Source: Chrysomallon squamiferum
Lineage: Eukaryota; Animalia; Mollusca
Length of the DNA: 64,000 nt
Direction: 5' to 3'
Assembly: GCA_012295275.1 (NCBI GenBank)
Contig: CM022667.1
Coordinates: 19,530,001 to 19,594,000, forward strand
Part shown: one piece after another, positions 13,151-29,000 of the stretch
Position numbering within the stretch: the stretch's first letter is position 1
Layout: each line of letters starts with the position of its first letter
Translations under genes and position numbers: made by a program
The notes under the pieces: generated by a model
What the model saw: the letters and a program-made list of their open reading frames with translations, nothing else
What the model was told of the DNA's origin: nothing
Database searches by the model: none

Positions 13151-15931
13151 TTTTTTTTCAATTGTTTGTTAGACTGTATTCATGTCCAGTGTGAAGCAGA
13201 ACACAGACAAATATGTTTTTTACATTCACGTCTTTATTTAGTAGTTCATAAATCTGTCTAACTTAGTTTAATGTCGACTTTATTTTCTTTTTCTTAAACC
13301 TAATTTTTTTTTTTTTTTTTATCTTTTTCAAGCTTTTTTTTTCTTCTACTTCATAATTTTTTCTTCTTTCTTTGTTTCTTCCTTTTCTATCTCAGCTGTT
13401 CTGTCCTTTCTTTTTCTTTTCTTTCTTCATTTATTTAGTTATTTTTTATTTGTTTATTTGTTTGTTTCATAAATATTTAATTATTTATTTATGTACTTAC
13501 GTATTTACTGATGTACTTTATTTATTTATTTATTTTTTTTTTTTTTTGTTTGTTTACTTATATTCATTATTATTTTATTTTTTTATTTACTTATTATTTA
13601 TTTATTTATTTATTACTTATTAACTTACTTACTTATTTTATCACATATTTATTTATTTACTTATTTAATTACGTACTTGCTATTCATTCATTTATTCATT
13701 CATTCATTCATTCATTCCTGTGAAAACATGATCAAAATATGTTCTAATTTATATAATTATTTCACTGGTTGCTTATCTCTTTCTTACGTCATCAAAATAA
13801 ACTACAGTCATTGTCTTAACAATTAGAGTTATCTATACTTTTAGTTTTGAGCAACAAGTGCAGATAATCATCATTAAAACCCGAGCGATTCCAAAAATAT
13901 TTCAAATAAAACGAAAAAGAAAAGAAAAAAAAAGAAAAAGAAAAAAGAAGGTGAAGTGCTGAAAAAGGGAAAGAAATATTTTTAAATCAATTTCTGACAT
14001 GAACGTTTAATTATCTTGGAGTGTATTTCCAAAGTAGCGGCAACTCTGGTTTAATTAATTGACGTGCGTACAGTTTATTTACATTTGACTGTGGTAGGGG
14101 ATAATGAAGAAATGTCAACATGACCGTGTTTCATGAAAGCGGTAATAAATATTAAAATGCTTAGAAATAATTTTATAAAAGCAGACAGTTATCACAGAAA
14201 AACAAACTAAAACAACAAATAAATAAATAAATAAATAAATAAATTCGCTTTCCTTTTTAATATCATCATTTTAAAAATATATATTTTTTGTTTATTTATT
14301 CCTTAATACAGAAATCTTAAATTCAGACGTCAATAAAATAATAATAATAATAATTAGAATAATAATAATAATAATTTTAAAAGGAAAAGAAAAGAAAATA
14401 GAAAAAAAAAAAAAAAAAAAATTAAACATGATGTACTTCCGGCGTGGTTTATTTTTGTCTTAAACTTACAAGAGTTCAGTGGTCTCGTTACCCACTTTTT
14501 TTTTCTCTCTAAACTACTCTCATCTTGTTGCGAATAGCTGTTTGTTTGAACAAATAAAAGAGGTTCTGTATCAGCAATCACTCGTTTTATTTGTTATCAT
14601 TCACTTGTTTATTTCAAATGATTAAATGTATCATTCTTCACACTGCGGACAAAGATAATACTTTTACTGTAGATGATGAAAATGATGGTTATGCCGATGA
14701 TGATGAAGATGGACAATTAGAAGAGTATCATGATTTTAACAGAATAATAAAAATCACCATTAGCTACCCTTTTCTTATAAATATACTGCTCCTACAACTG
14801 CATCTACTGCTACTACTACTACTACTACAACTGCTACTACTATTACTATAACTGCTACTGCTGCTACTACTACAACTACTACTACTACTATTATTTTTGT
14901 TGTTGTTGTTGTTCTTCTTCTTCTTCTTCTTCTTATTATTGTTGTTGTTGTTGTTTTTGTTGTCGTTGTTGTTTTTATTATATGTACGGACATCACATGT
15001 TTATTAAAACTTGAATTAGAAGAGTTATGAATATTTAACAGTTTTTTTATTATTTTTAATACCTTTAAAAAGTAGAACATTAACACCTCAGTCATTTATA
15101 CGGGCAGACAACAGTACACCTAGCCCAAAGTTTAAGTTAACTGCAGCAAACTGATAAAACACAATTCTGTCTGAAAAACCTCCTGATCTTCTGAAAGAAA
15201 GAAAAGTGAGAAAATACCTGTACTAACCATTAACAAGACCTCTCAACTCACCTGAGCTCAGCCATGTAAAAAAAAAAATGTCGCGGCAACGGTCAGCTAT
15301 TTTTCAGTCACGGATGTTTCGTTAAAAGAGTAGCTGATGAGGCATGTGTTAAAAGAGTAACACATGTTTCCCCTTGCAAGTTAATAAGCTAAGTTAAAAC
15401 TTGCATTGTAAGTAATACTTTAACATTAAGAATATTTACTTATGTTTTGTTTTATATAAAACTTTGTAGACAGATTACGTAGTCACCTACATCCCAGTCA
15501 CCCATACATATACACGTAATATTCAACAATGGCTGTATACACAAAAATATATATCACCTACCCATGAAAGTACATGCATAATGTTGACACAAATATACAT
15601 GTAAATAAACATGCATTTTCTAACTTATATGGATACATGCATATGCACGATCAGACAAACTTACAGACAACGGACATATATATATATACATAACATATGT
15701 GTGTGTATGTATGTATACATATATATATATATACACACACACACACACGTACAGACAAACGTACAAACAAACATACATACATACAAATATAAATTTATTT
15801 TCCTTTTTATTTTATTTTATCAGATACATGTACTTTTTCTTTTGTTGTGTGAGATCACACTAAATGAAACTATTAGTATTTCAAACAAACGAATTCTGAC
15901 TTCTGCAGAATTCTATCCTTTTTTCTTTCTA

Positions 15932-15964
<33 letters not shown>

Positions 15965-16227
15965 CCTCCCCTCCCCCAGCATTATAATAATTAATTACAT
16001 TCTGGAGCCGCCTCTGTTGATACGGTTATGACTGTTCCTTACAACTCCGTAACGCTTAAATCATCAGTCTGGCCGAGCAGTAACTGGAGGCAGTTTGTAG
16101 GTAAGCAGTATCGCTATCAACCGCGCGTCACTTCACGTGACATTCAGTCATACTTTCTAAACAACTACTTGTGTGACATGCCACGCAGTTGGAATTAATA
16201 TGTAGACACCGTTCACGTTATATTTGC

Positions 16228-16267
<40 letters not shown>

Positions 16268-16887
16268 GTGTAATAATAGTAATAATAATAATTATTATTA
16301 TTATAATAATAACATGTGTTAGAATTGTATGTATGTATTGTTATATTTACATAGGTACGAATGTATACAAAAAAACAAACAAAAAAAACTAACCTGGCAA
16401 GTTTACCAGTGAAATCATTTTATATTTAGATTATTTTTCAATCACATTTGAACAGCTGTTCCGAACCAACGAGAATCTGCTCCACGAAAAATAAAATGGT
16501 GGAGAAAACAAACAAATGACGTCACGAAGTTGTAAGTTGCTGCGTCAACGTCAGTTTGAATGGACAGGTTAGTACGCAAGCAGCTGCTTATCTGTGCAGA
16601 GTACACATAATTATCTGCAGATTAAACGTATCATGTGTTAAATGTTTTAAATAAATAACCAGAAGATAACAGGGTTGAGATGCATCAACACATTTATAAA
16701 CCTGTTTCGCGGATGCCTGAACATGAGGTGTATGTATGAATTAATTTATTATTTTAACCAGTTTTAATATAAATACAAGTTAAACGTAAGTTCACAGCGA
16801 GTTGGTTTAGTCTGTATATTTTGATATATAACATTTGGCGACGTGTTTTATGGTTAATAAAGTATCTTTTTAATGTTTCGTGAGAAT

Positions 16888-16890
<3 letters not shown>

Positions 16891-16975
<85 letters not shown>
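16891..16975. repeat. (GA)n microsatellite
   Basis: Direct reading; further (CT)n tracts near 17892, 20735 and 22344. Confidence 0.95.
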
Positions 16976-16976
<1 letters not shown>

Positions 16977-17887
16977 ATTGCCAGTACACGACTGCACAAA
17001 GATTTATGTTACTTAGATAAAGTCAAAATGTTTTTGTGTTTATTATGTGGGCGTGTAACAACATAATTAGCTAATAACATCATCAATATCAGCTAGATAG
17101 AGAAATAACTATTTAGACAGGTGTTATTAACGCTGTTTACTTCGACATTTTGAGAGAAAGTGTGAAACAGTTTCGGGGTTGAGTAGGTACTAACAAAATT
17201 GCTCATATACAACACGTACAGTCTTCTGCTGGAGGTTTGGAACTGTTACACAAGGGGTTTTGGGAGAAATGCGAGAAACAGGTTTAAGGGATGGTTTTTC
17301 CAAAACAAAATGTCCATAAAGATAAAGTCATCGCGTGCACGGTCAGCACGTGCAAAGCTAATCCGTGCAGTTCGGTCCACGTGCTGGCCACATAACCATA
17401 ACACAAAATGTCTGTACGCGAAATGTGGGAACAAGTAACTGACCTAATTACGCCGAACAAATTACTCCGTGTTTTCTTTTGTCTAATGCCAAATGTCAGT
17501 CTCGACAGAATTATCATAATAGAGAATATCGTTTACAGCTTTCTCCACCGCTAATGTACATATTATGTAGATATGTGTAGTTAATTAGTGAGCATTATTT
17601 GGGTTTAACTTATTTTCGTGGGCAAACTCGGAATTCTGGGCTGACTGCGCGTTGAAAGAATATTTGGTTAACGTGACTGTGTGTGTTATATGTTTGTCTG
17701 TAGTTTAAACTAATTCTCTTTGGAAGCTGTGTTAATTTTGACGAGAGTCTGTTTAGTTATTTCAGACTAAATACACAGAGAGAAAGGCCGCTTTCATCTC
17801 TTTATTTATTCATTAATTATAACCCGGTAAATTGTCTCGCTGTTTTTTAACTTCACTTAAATTATTTTATCATATCCACCGAGTCTC

Positions 17888-17942
<55 letters not shown>

Positions 17943-19459
17943 TGCATACTCGATTTGTAAAAAATATAGTAAACCTATACTGTTTTATCAGATATTTTTT
18001 ACTTCCTATTTTTTCCTCGCTCGTTTCCAAGTTTGACCTTCAGTACTGAAAATGTTAACATTAACAGATGTCTCTCCAGATGGTGTTCATTATTTACCTG
18101 CAGACGCGACCCGAAACCAAATCTACCTTTCCGTGTTTTCTCATAAAACAAAAAGCTGTCAGGTCCGACAACTCTGTTGATCTGTGTTAGAGTTAACGCC
18201 GTCAACACTTCAGTGTTAATGTTGTTTTCTCTACACGTGAAAGAAAAATCGACATATTCTACTTAAGGCGACCATTTACTTTACGTGAAATGCTATTCAC
18301 AGTGTTTGATTACTTTATGTTTAATACTATGTATACTAGAACGTATTTTGCTTTTATTGTGACGTTATTCACAATACTTTACTACTATCGCTTGTGACGT
18401 TGTTTTAAATTGACTTCACTTGTAATGTTATCAGCAGCACTTGTAGCGTTATTTCCAGTAACTGATTATCAGAATGTGAAAGGTTATTAATAGTAACCGA
18501 TTATCCAGGCTAGTATATTTATTCACAGTAACTGATAATCAACACTTGTAACGTTATTCACCGTTCTGATTATCAACCCTTGCGTTGTTTTTTATTCTCT
18601 TTATCTTTGTGACGATGTAGATTTATTTTTATTTGTAATATTATTTATTATACTTCCCATCTGATAACAGTAAATATCCTGTTATTTTAGATATAAATAA
18701 ATAAACAAATACAAACAACGGACGTGTTTCGTGTTATATTTCCGACATTTAATAACAAACTCTAAGAAGAAAATAAAGACCACCGACATGTTTGATTAAA
18801 CTCTTAAATTATGACAAAATGTTCATTTTGTGACTTTGAAAATATTGTGTCTAGATTTCTAGAGAAGAAAATCCACCTTGAAGATTACGTATAGAAATTT
18901 TATTTTTGTTTGTCCAAAAAGCAAAACAGCGCGATTTGTCATAGCGGTTATGGAGGTGTGGCTAGAATGGGCGAAACAGGATCGTTCCTACAATCCGTCG
19001 ACGTTGCTGACGGATTCACACAACAACGAAGGCAACAAGCAGAAGTCGGTCGGTAAGCAGAGTTAATTGGAGTAACACTGTTCCCATGCAGAGAAAATAA
19101 ATTATATTTAATTGCTATTTAATGAATGTTATTTAATAGCCGTACATACTGCAGAAAGAATAGAGTAGCTCTTTGATGTACAGATGACACGTGATTTGTG
19201 ACTTGTGGATAACGTCGAGCCAATGACGTCAGCAGCTGAGGTTTTCTGGTGCAGACGGCGTCATTAATGTCAAAGAAAAAGATGTTTTCTCTTTACCCGA
19301 CTCTTCAACTGAAGAGTTGGTTAATTAATTTTAGTGTCTTATTTCTTTTCATATGGCAGGTCGTTTTAAAACTGCGCAGATAGTTAAAACCTGCAGGTGC
19401 TGAGTATACCCTGCGATTACTGATGTGAGAGTGAGGGAAAAAAACGAGAGAGAAATAAT

Positions 19460-19920
19460 TATAAATAAATGTTTGTCGTTTATTTGAAATCGTAATCTAG
19501 TGTTTGTTGTTGTTTATTTAAATTTTAAACTAATGTTTGTTGTTGTTTATTTAAAATTTTAAACTAATGTTTGTTGTTTATTTAAAATTGTAAAATAATG
19601 TTTGTTGTTTATTTAAAACTGTAAACTAATGTTTGCTGTTTTTTATTTAAAATTGTAAATTAATGTATGTTGTTGTTTATTTAAATTGTAAATTAATGTT
19701 TGTTATTTATTTAAAATTGTAAATTAATATTTGTCATTGTTTATATAAAATTACCAAGTTTATTTGAAATTACAAACTAATGTTTGTTGTTTATTTAAAA
19801 ATAAAAAGTAATTTTTGTTGTTTATTCAAAATTATAAAGTAATTTTTGTTGTTGTTTATTTAAAATTATAAACTAATTTCTGCTGTTTTTTACTTAAAAT
19901 ATGGTAACTAATGTTGATTG
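19460..19920. repeat. AT-rich minisatellite, ~31-35 bp unit (aaactaatgtttgttgttgtttatttaaaattgt)
   Basis: About 13 degenerate copies. Confidence 0.88.
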
Positions 19921-20248
19921 TTGTTGTTGAACATTCTGTTGATAATAAGAAAACTTTCAATGTTTGTTTTTCGTATTTTTCTTTCTCTTTTTTTCTTTCG
20001 TCTTTTACAAACGAAAGAAAATTAAAATGATGGAGGACTTTGTTTACGTTTTTTAAACTGAAACCAGCTGTTACAACCTCTCTCTATCATCAGCCGATGA
20101 AGCTGTCGTCGTTTTCTTTATTTAGGAGTAACTTCAGTGGAGGGTTTGGTTTCCAGAAACAACTGAAAGAAAAGTCTTTATATATGTCTTTCAGTTACAG
20201 TGAAACAGAATGTATTACAATTTTTATTCTTATTCTTATTCTTATTAT

Positions 20249-20301
<53 letters not shown>

Positions 20302-20731
20302 TTGTTGCTGTTGTTGTTATTGTTGTCATCGTTATCATCGTTATCATATTCATTAATAATACATGTATTATCATTATTATTATTATTATGCATTATCATT
20401 TCATTATCATCATCATCATCATCATTATTAATATATATATATATATATTAAAGACATTTTCAAAAAGAGGAAACAAAAACAAAGGTAATAAATTTGTTCG
20501 GGATCATCGTCTGAAACTCGTGTTTACATATGACGTCATAAACTGACACTGTGGTCGGAACGTTACGATTAGGCACAGGTGCATGACAAAGGAATTGCGC
20601 AGTAAATGAAGCACGGGATCATGCTACGTGTCCATGGTGATTTGTACGTTACGTGATTAATGGTAACGGAGCGCATAAAACTGACAAAACCAGCTATAAG
20701 AAAACTGTCGGCGCGTTTATCTAATCTACTC

Positions 20732-20819
<88 letters not shown>

Positions 20820-20939
20820 GTGTTTGTAGAGATATAGGTTTGTGTATGTTTTTGTATGTTTTTATGTATATGTATATCTAGATGTTAGTATGACTATCTC
20901 TGTGATTGCGTATATAAGTGTGTGTGTGTATGTATACAT

Positions 20940-20979
<40 letters not shown>

Positions 20980-22338
20980 GTCTCAGATCTGTGAAACTGA
21001 ACGGAGAGAAACAAGGAATCACTAACACACGTATTACCTTCACTGGTCGTGACGCAGACGTATCGCTCTGTGGCAGCGAGATCTGCAGACTTTACACAAC
21101 TGGTGTAGACAAGCAGAAATTTGTTTTCTTTTTAGGAGTCGGCGCACGCAACATGCATAAATGTTGTGTTTACAGTGCCAGCAGAGACAATGTTATTCTC
21201 TTCAATTTTCTACCGGAAACACGTGCGTTAGTTTTCTGATTATAATATCAGAACTCTTCACAGGTGAGAAAACAAATCGAGTTCCTCAGACCAGTACAGA
21301 AAGATGAACCGGTCCAACTGTTCTCAGTTTACAAATTCAAATATTAGAAAATAAAATGGTTTAAGAATTGTATTAATACACAGAGGCCGAAATTTTTCCA
21401 TCTGCAATGAGATCACAGTCACAAATTACACCATACTGAAATTGTCTTGTTCTTCAGAACTTTTTAAATTCAGGTTTAATATTTGACATAGCTAACCTTT
21501 AGATTGATCGAGTTTAATGACAGTAACATTTTTCACTCACAATCTCTCCAGCATCACCACCACTCCTCCCTCTAAAAACCCAACAAAAAAACACAAAGCG
21601 CAAAGTGTGTAAAATCACACGGTTAAATAACCTAGAATGTGACGTGTTATCACCTGTCATGCCCCACACACACAGACGCACACACAGACGCACACACACA
21701 CATACGTGAACATAATGTATACTGCGTGTGTTCTTCCTATTCTTTCAGTTTAGAAAATGAACTCCTTGGTAAGTTTCATTCGTAAACGCGATACGCACAA
21801 ACAGTGATTTACCGCTAACAATATCGACTGATCGCTGTAGACTGTAAAATGAGACGGCTGTTGAAGACACCTGTTTAACTTCAGTGTGTTGATGTATGTG
21901 GCCACTTGTGTACAGCACCAGTCTTCAAATGGCGTAACGCCGTATCGTTCACGTGGCCTGCCGTGGCGCCGGAAATCATTTGTATACTATTTTCCAATTA
22001 CCTGATATTTATATATTTACTTTCTAATTGACGCGATACGATCTGCCCACTGAAGTTCTGGTTGTGAATTCGCCGCTTCTGACAGTGCTGCGGAATCAAA
22101 ACGCCATAGATATTGCTATTTTCAGCCTCGCACTAAAAGCGAAACAGACTAACAAAGAATCAAACAGTGATTAAGTACACCTGGACTTACTTTTCAAACT
22201 TTTTGAAGTTTGTATACTGACTTTTTTGTTCTACAGGTAATTAACTTTTGTTGTTAGTGAAACCTCAAAATAGATTACAGACATTCTGCAGAGATTTTTA
22301 TTTTTATTTTTATTTTTATTTGTTTATTGTTTTATTTT

Positions 22339-22404
<66 letters not shown>

Positions 22405-23018
22405 CTTTCTCTTTCTATCTTTGTCTTTCTCATTTATCGCTCTCTCTGTCTGTCTGTCTCTCTGTTTTTCGCATACTGAATAAAGTTTATTACGTTTTGC
22501 TTTTTCTTGTTTTCTTGTTTCATTCTTCGTTCTGTATTTCTCCTAATTTATATATTTATTTGTTATCGTTGATGTGTTAAAACATTCAAAATCCAATCAA
22601 AACACAGAATAAGCTTGTTTTCAATACAAGAAATCAATGCAAATAATATCCAGGGAACCGAACACAAATCCTGTCATTCATACGTCTATTTCATTATGTT
22701 AAACAGACTCCGGAAATGGATTCTCAGTTACAGTTACTGTTTCCAAAGCCGAAATTTTTTGCCGCCATTATTAGACTGGTGATTTAAAAGTTGCGTGACA
22801 AGCTCATAAATCACTGGGAAGCAGACGTTCCGACAACAGAGATGTGTTCAGTTGTTTGTTTTTCTTTTCCTCTGATTAAAGAGCGCTTGAAAGAAAAGTT
22901 CATTATCGTCCAATCTACCTCACGTGCACACCCACAACTCTGAAAGATAACCTCTCAAACCGAGACACGCGATACCGAGTCATGCTCACTTACACGTCCG
23001 CCTGCTCCAGTTCTGTAG

Positions 23019-26000
23019 CAGTTCACATTTCTATACACTTTACTTACAGTACACATTTCTATACATTTTACTTACAGTACGCCTTTCTATACACTTTACT
23101 TACAGTACACATTTCTATACACTTTACTTACAGTACACCTTTCTATACACTTTACTTACAGTTCACATTTCTATACACTTTACTTACAGTACACCTTTCT
23201 ATACACTTTACTTACAGTACACATTTCTATACACTTTACTTACAGTTCACATTTCTATACACTTTACTTACAGTACACATTTCTATACACTTTACTTACA
23301 GTACACCTTTCTATACACTTTACTTACAGTACACCTTTCTATACTTTTTACTTACAGTACACCTTTCTATACTTTTTACTTACAGTACACCTTTCTATAC
23401 TTTTTACTTACAGTACACCTTTCTATACACTTTTACTTACAGTACACCTTTCTATACTTTTTACTTACAGTACACCTTTCTATATACTTTTTACTTACAG
23501 TACACCTTTTCTATACACTTTTTACTTTACAGTACACATTTTTCTATACTTTTTTTACTTACAGTACACCTTTTCTATACTTTTTACTTACAGTACACCT
23601 TTTTCTATACATTTTTACTTTTTACAGTACACCTTTCTATACATTTTACTTACAGTACACCTTTTATACACTTTTTACTTACAGTACACCTTTCTATACT
23701 TTTTAATTTTACAGTACACCTTTCTATACATTTTTTACTTTACAGTACACCTTTCTATACACTTTTAATTTACAGTACACCTTTTCTATACACTTTTATT
23801 TTACAGTACACCTTTTTCTATACATTTTTTACTTACAGTACACCTTTTATACACTTTTTTTACAGTACACCTTTCTATACACTTTTAATTTTACAGTACA
23901 CCTTTCTATATTTTACACACTTTTTTTACTTACAGTACACCTTTCTATACACTTTTACTTTTACAGTACACCTTTCTATTCTTTATACACACCTTTTTAC
24001 TTTACTTACAGTACACCTTTCTATACACTTTACTTACAGTACACCTTTCTATACACTTTACTTACAGTACACCTTTCTATACATTTTACTTACAGTACAC
24101 CTTTCTATACATTTTACTTACAGCACACCTTTCTATACACTTTACTTACAGTACACCTTTCTATACACTTTTTAATTTACAGTACACCTTTCTATACTTT
24201 TTATTTACAGTACACCTTTCTATACTTTTTTATTTACAGTACACCTTTCTATACATTTTACTTTACAGTACACCTTTCTATACTTTTTTTTTACAGTACA
24301 CCCTTTCTATACACTTTTTACTTTACACCTTTCTATACACTTTTACTTTACAGTACACCTTTCTATACTTTTTTTATTTTACAGTACACCTTTTCTATAC
24401 TTTTTACTTTTTACAGTACACCTTTTACTATTTTAATTTACAGTACACCTTTCTATACATTTTTTACTTACAGTACACCTTTTTTATACTTTTTTTTTAA
24501 TTTACAGTACACCTTTTATACACTTTTTTCTTACAGTTCACACCTTTCTATAGTTTTTAATTTACAGTACACTTTTCTATACACTTTTTACTTTACAGTA
24601 CACCTTTCTATACTTTTTTTACTTTACAGTACACCTTTCTATACTTTTTTTTTACAGTACACCTTTCTATACTTTTTACTTTACAGTACACTTTTCTATA
24701 CATTTTACTTACAGTACACCTTTTCTATACTTTTTACTTACAGTACACCTTTCTATAATGTTTTTTACACCTTTTACTTTTTTTACAGTACACCTTTCTA
24801 TACATTTTAATTTACAGTACTTTCTATACTTTTTTCTATACACCTTTTTACATTTTTACAGTTCACATCTTTTTCTATACATTTTATTTTTACAGTACAA
24901 TTTTTTTATATACATTTTATTTTACAGTACACTTTTTCTATACACTTTTTATTTTTACAGTACACCTTTTCTATACATTTTACTTTTTACAGTACACCTT
25001 TCTATACACTTTTTATTTTACAGTACACCTTTCTATACACTTTTACTTACAGTACACCTTTCTATACATTTTTTACAGTACACCTTTTATATACTTTTTA
25101 CTTTACAGTACACCTTTCTATACACTTTTTACTTTACAGTACACCTTTCTATACTTTACTTTTACAGTACACCTTTCTATACATTTTTTAATTTACAGTA
25201 CACCTTTCTATACACTTTTACTTTACTTACAGTACACCTTTCTATACACCTTTTTACTTTTTTTAGTACACACCCTTTCTATACTTTTTAATTTTACAGT
25301 ACACCTTTCTATACATTTTTTACCTTTTACAGTACACCTTTCTATACACTTTTATTTTACAGTACACCTTTTCTATACATTTTAATTTTACAGTACACCT
25401 TTTCTATACACTTTTACTTACAGTACACCTTTCTATACACTTTTATTTTACAGTACACCTTTCTATACACTTTTACTTTTACAGTACACCTTTCTATACA
25501 CTTTTACTTTACAGTACACCTTTCTATACACTTTTAATTTACAGTACACCTTTTTCTATACATTTTATTTTACAGTACACCTTTCTATACACTTTTACTT
25601 TACAGTACACTTTTCTATACATTTTTACTTTATAGTACACCTTTTCTATATGTTTTTTTTTTTACAGTACACCTTTCTATACACTTTTTACTTATAGTAC
25701 ACCTTTTTTCTATTTTTTATTTTACAGTACACCTTTTATATACTTTTACTTACAGTACACTTTTCTTTTTCTATACTTTTTACTTACAGTACAGTACACC
25801 TTTTTATACATTTTCTTACAGTACACCTTTCTATACACTTTTTACTTACAGTACACCTTTTTCATACTTTTTTTAACTTTACAGTACACCTTTCTATACA
25901 CTTTTAATTTTACAGTACACCTTTTCTATACACTTTTTTTTACAGTACACCTTTCTATACACTTTTACTTTTACAGTACACCTTTTCTATACACTTTTTT

Positions 26001-29000
26001 ACAGTACACCTTTCTATACACTTTTACTTACATACACCTTTTATACACTTTTACAGTACACCTTTCTATACACTTTTATTTTTACAGTACACCTTTTCTA
26101 TACACTTTTACTTTACAGTACACCTTTTCTATACACTTTTTACTTTTACACAGTACACTTTTTTCAGTACACCTTTTCTATTTTACTTACAGTACACCTT
26201 TCTATACATCTTTTTACTTTACAGTACACCTTTCTATACACTTTTAATTTTACAGTACACCTTTTTCTATACTTTTAATTTACAGTACACACCTTTTCTA
26301 TACATTTTTTTTTACAGTACACCTTTCCTTTTTCTATACACCTTTCTATACACTTTTAATTTACAGTACACCTTTTCTATACATTTTATTTACAGTACAC
26401 CTTTCTATATACTTTTATTTACAGTACACACTTTTCTATACTTTTTACTTACAGTACACCTTTCTATACACTTTTTTTACTTACAGTACACCTTTCTATA
26501 TTTTTTTTATTTACAGTACACCTTTTTTATACACTTTTTTACTTTACTTTACAGTACACCTTTTCTATACTTTTTTTACTTACAGTACACCTTTCTATAC
26601 ACTTTTTTACTTTTTACAGTACACCTTTTATACACTTTTTACTTTACAGTACACCTTTCTATATACACTTTTACACCTTTCTATACACTTTTACTTACAG
26701 TACACCTTTCTATACTTTTTTACTTACAGTACACCTTTTTATAATTTTTACTTACAGTACACCTTTCTATACACCTTTTACATTTTATTTTACAGTACAC
26801 CTTTTCTATATTTTTTTTTAATTTACAGTACACACCTTTCTATACATTTTAATTTACAGTACACCTTTCTATACACTTTTACTTACAGTACACCCTTTCT
26901 ATACTTTTTTTACTTACAGTACACCTTTCTATACATTTTTTACAGTACACCTTTCTATACACTTTTTTTTCTATACACCTTTTTTACTTTTTATTTACAG
27001 TACACCTTTCTATACTTTTTACTTACAGTACACCTTTCTATACATTTTTTTTTTTACAGTACACCTTTCTATACATTTTACTTTACAGTACACCTTTCTA
27101 TACACTTTTACTTTTTACAGCACACTTTTTTCTATACTTTTAATTTTTACAGTACACCTTTTCTATATTTTTTTTTTACAGTACACCTTTCTATACACTT
27201 TTTATTTACAGCACACCTTTCTATACACTTTTATTTTACAGTACACCTTTCTATCTATTTTACACACCTTTACAGTACACCTTTTCTATACACTTTTTTT
27301 ATTATAGTTCACCTTTCTATACATTTTACTTTACAGTACACCTTTCTATACATTTTACTTTACAGTACACCTTTCTATATACTTTTACTTTACAGTACAC
27401 CTTTCTATATTTTTTTTACTTACAGTTACACTTTTCTATACATTTTACTCTTTACAGTACACCTTTCTATACATTTTTTTTTAGTAGTACACCTTTCTAT
27501 ACACTTTTTTTTTACAGTACACCTTTCTATACATTTCTTTTACAGTACACCTTTTTCTATACATTTTTATTTTACAGTACACTTTTCTATACACTTTTTA
27601 CTTTACAGTACACCTTTTTATACTTTTTAATTTTTTACAAAACACCCTTTCTATACACTTTTTTACTTACAGTACACCTTTCTATACATTTTAATTTTTA
27701 CAGTACACCTTTCTATACACTTTACTTTTACAGTACACCTTTTCTATACATTTTAATTTTACAGTACACCTTTTCTACACTTTTTACTTACAGTACACCT
27801 TTCTATACTTTTTTTACAGTACACCTTTTTACATTTTACTTTACAGTACACCTTTCTATACACTTTTTTTTTACAGTACACTTTTTCACTTTATACACCT
27901 TTCTATTTTACTTTTCCTTACAGTACACCTTTCTATACATTTTCTATACAGTACACCTTTTCTATACACCTTTTTATTATCACTTTCTATACACTTTTTT
28001 ACAGTACACCTTTTCTATACACTTTTATTTACAGTACACCTTTCTATACACTTTTTTAATTTTACAGCACACCTTTCTATACACTTTTAATTTTTATAGT
28101 ACACTTTCTTTCTATAATTTTTAATTTATTACAGTACACCTTTCTATACACTTTTACTTTACAGTACACCTTTCTATACACTTTTTACTTACAGTACACC
28201 TTTTCTATACACTTTTTTTTACAGTACACCTTTCTATACACTTTTTTACAGTACACCTTTCTATACTTTTACTTTTACAGTACACCTTTCTATTTTTTTT
28301 TACTTACAGTACACCTTTCTATACTTTTTACAACTTACAGTACACCTTTTCTATACATTTTTTTAATTTTACAGTACACCTTTTCTATACTTTTAATTTA
28401 CAGTACACCTTTCTTATACATTTTTACTTTTATAGTACACCTTTTCTATATTTTTTTACTTACAGTACACCTTTCTATACTTTTTACTTACAGTACACCT
28501 TTCTATACACTTTTTACTTCATATACACCTTTCATTTACAGTACACTTTCTATACATTTTTTTTACAGTACACACCTTTTTTTTATTTTTTAATTTTTAT
28601 AACAGTACACCTTTCTATACACTTTTACTTTACACCTTTTCTATACATTTTTATTTACAGTACACCTTTCTATACACTTTTACCTTTTACAGTACACCTT
28701 TCTATACTTTTTACTTTACAGTACACCTTTCTATACATTTTTTTTTTACTTACAGTACACCTTTCTATACACTTTTTTTACAGTACACCTTTCACCTTTT
28801 CTTATACATTTTCTATACATTTTACAGTACACACATTTCTATAATTTTTTTACTTACAGTTCACACCTTTCTATATATTTTATTTTTACAGTACACCTTT
28901 TCTATACATTTTTTAATTTACATATCTTTTATATACTTTTTTTTTACAGTACACCTTTCTATACATTTTACTTATTTACAGTACACCTTTCTATACTTTT

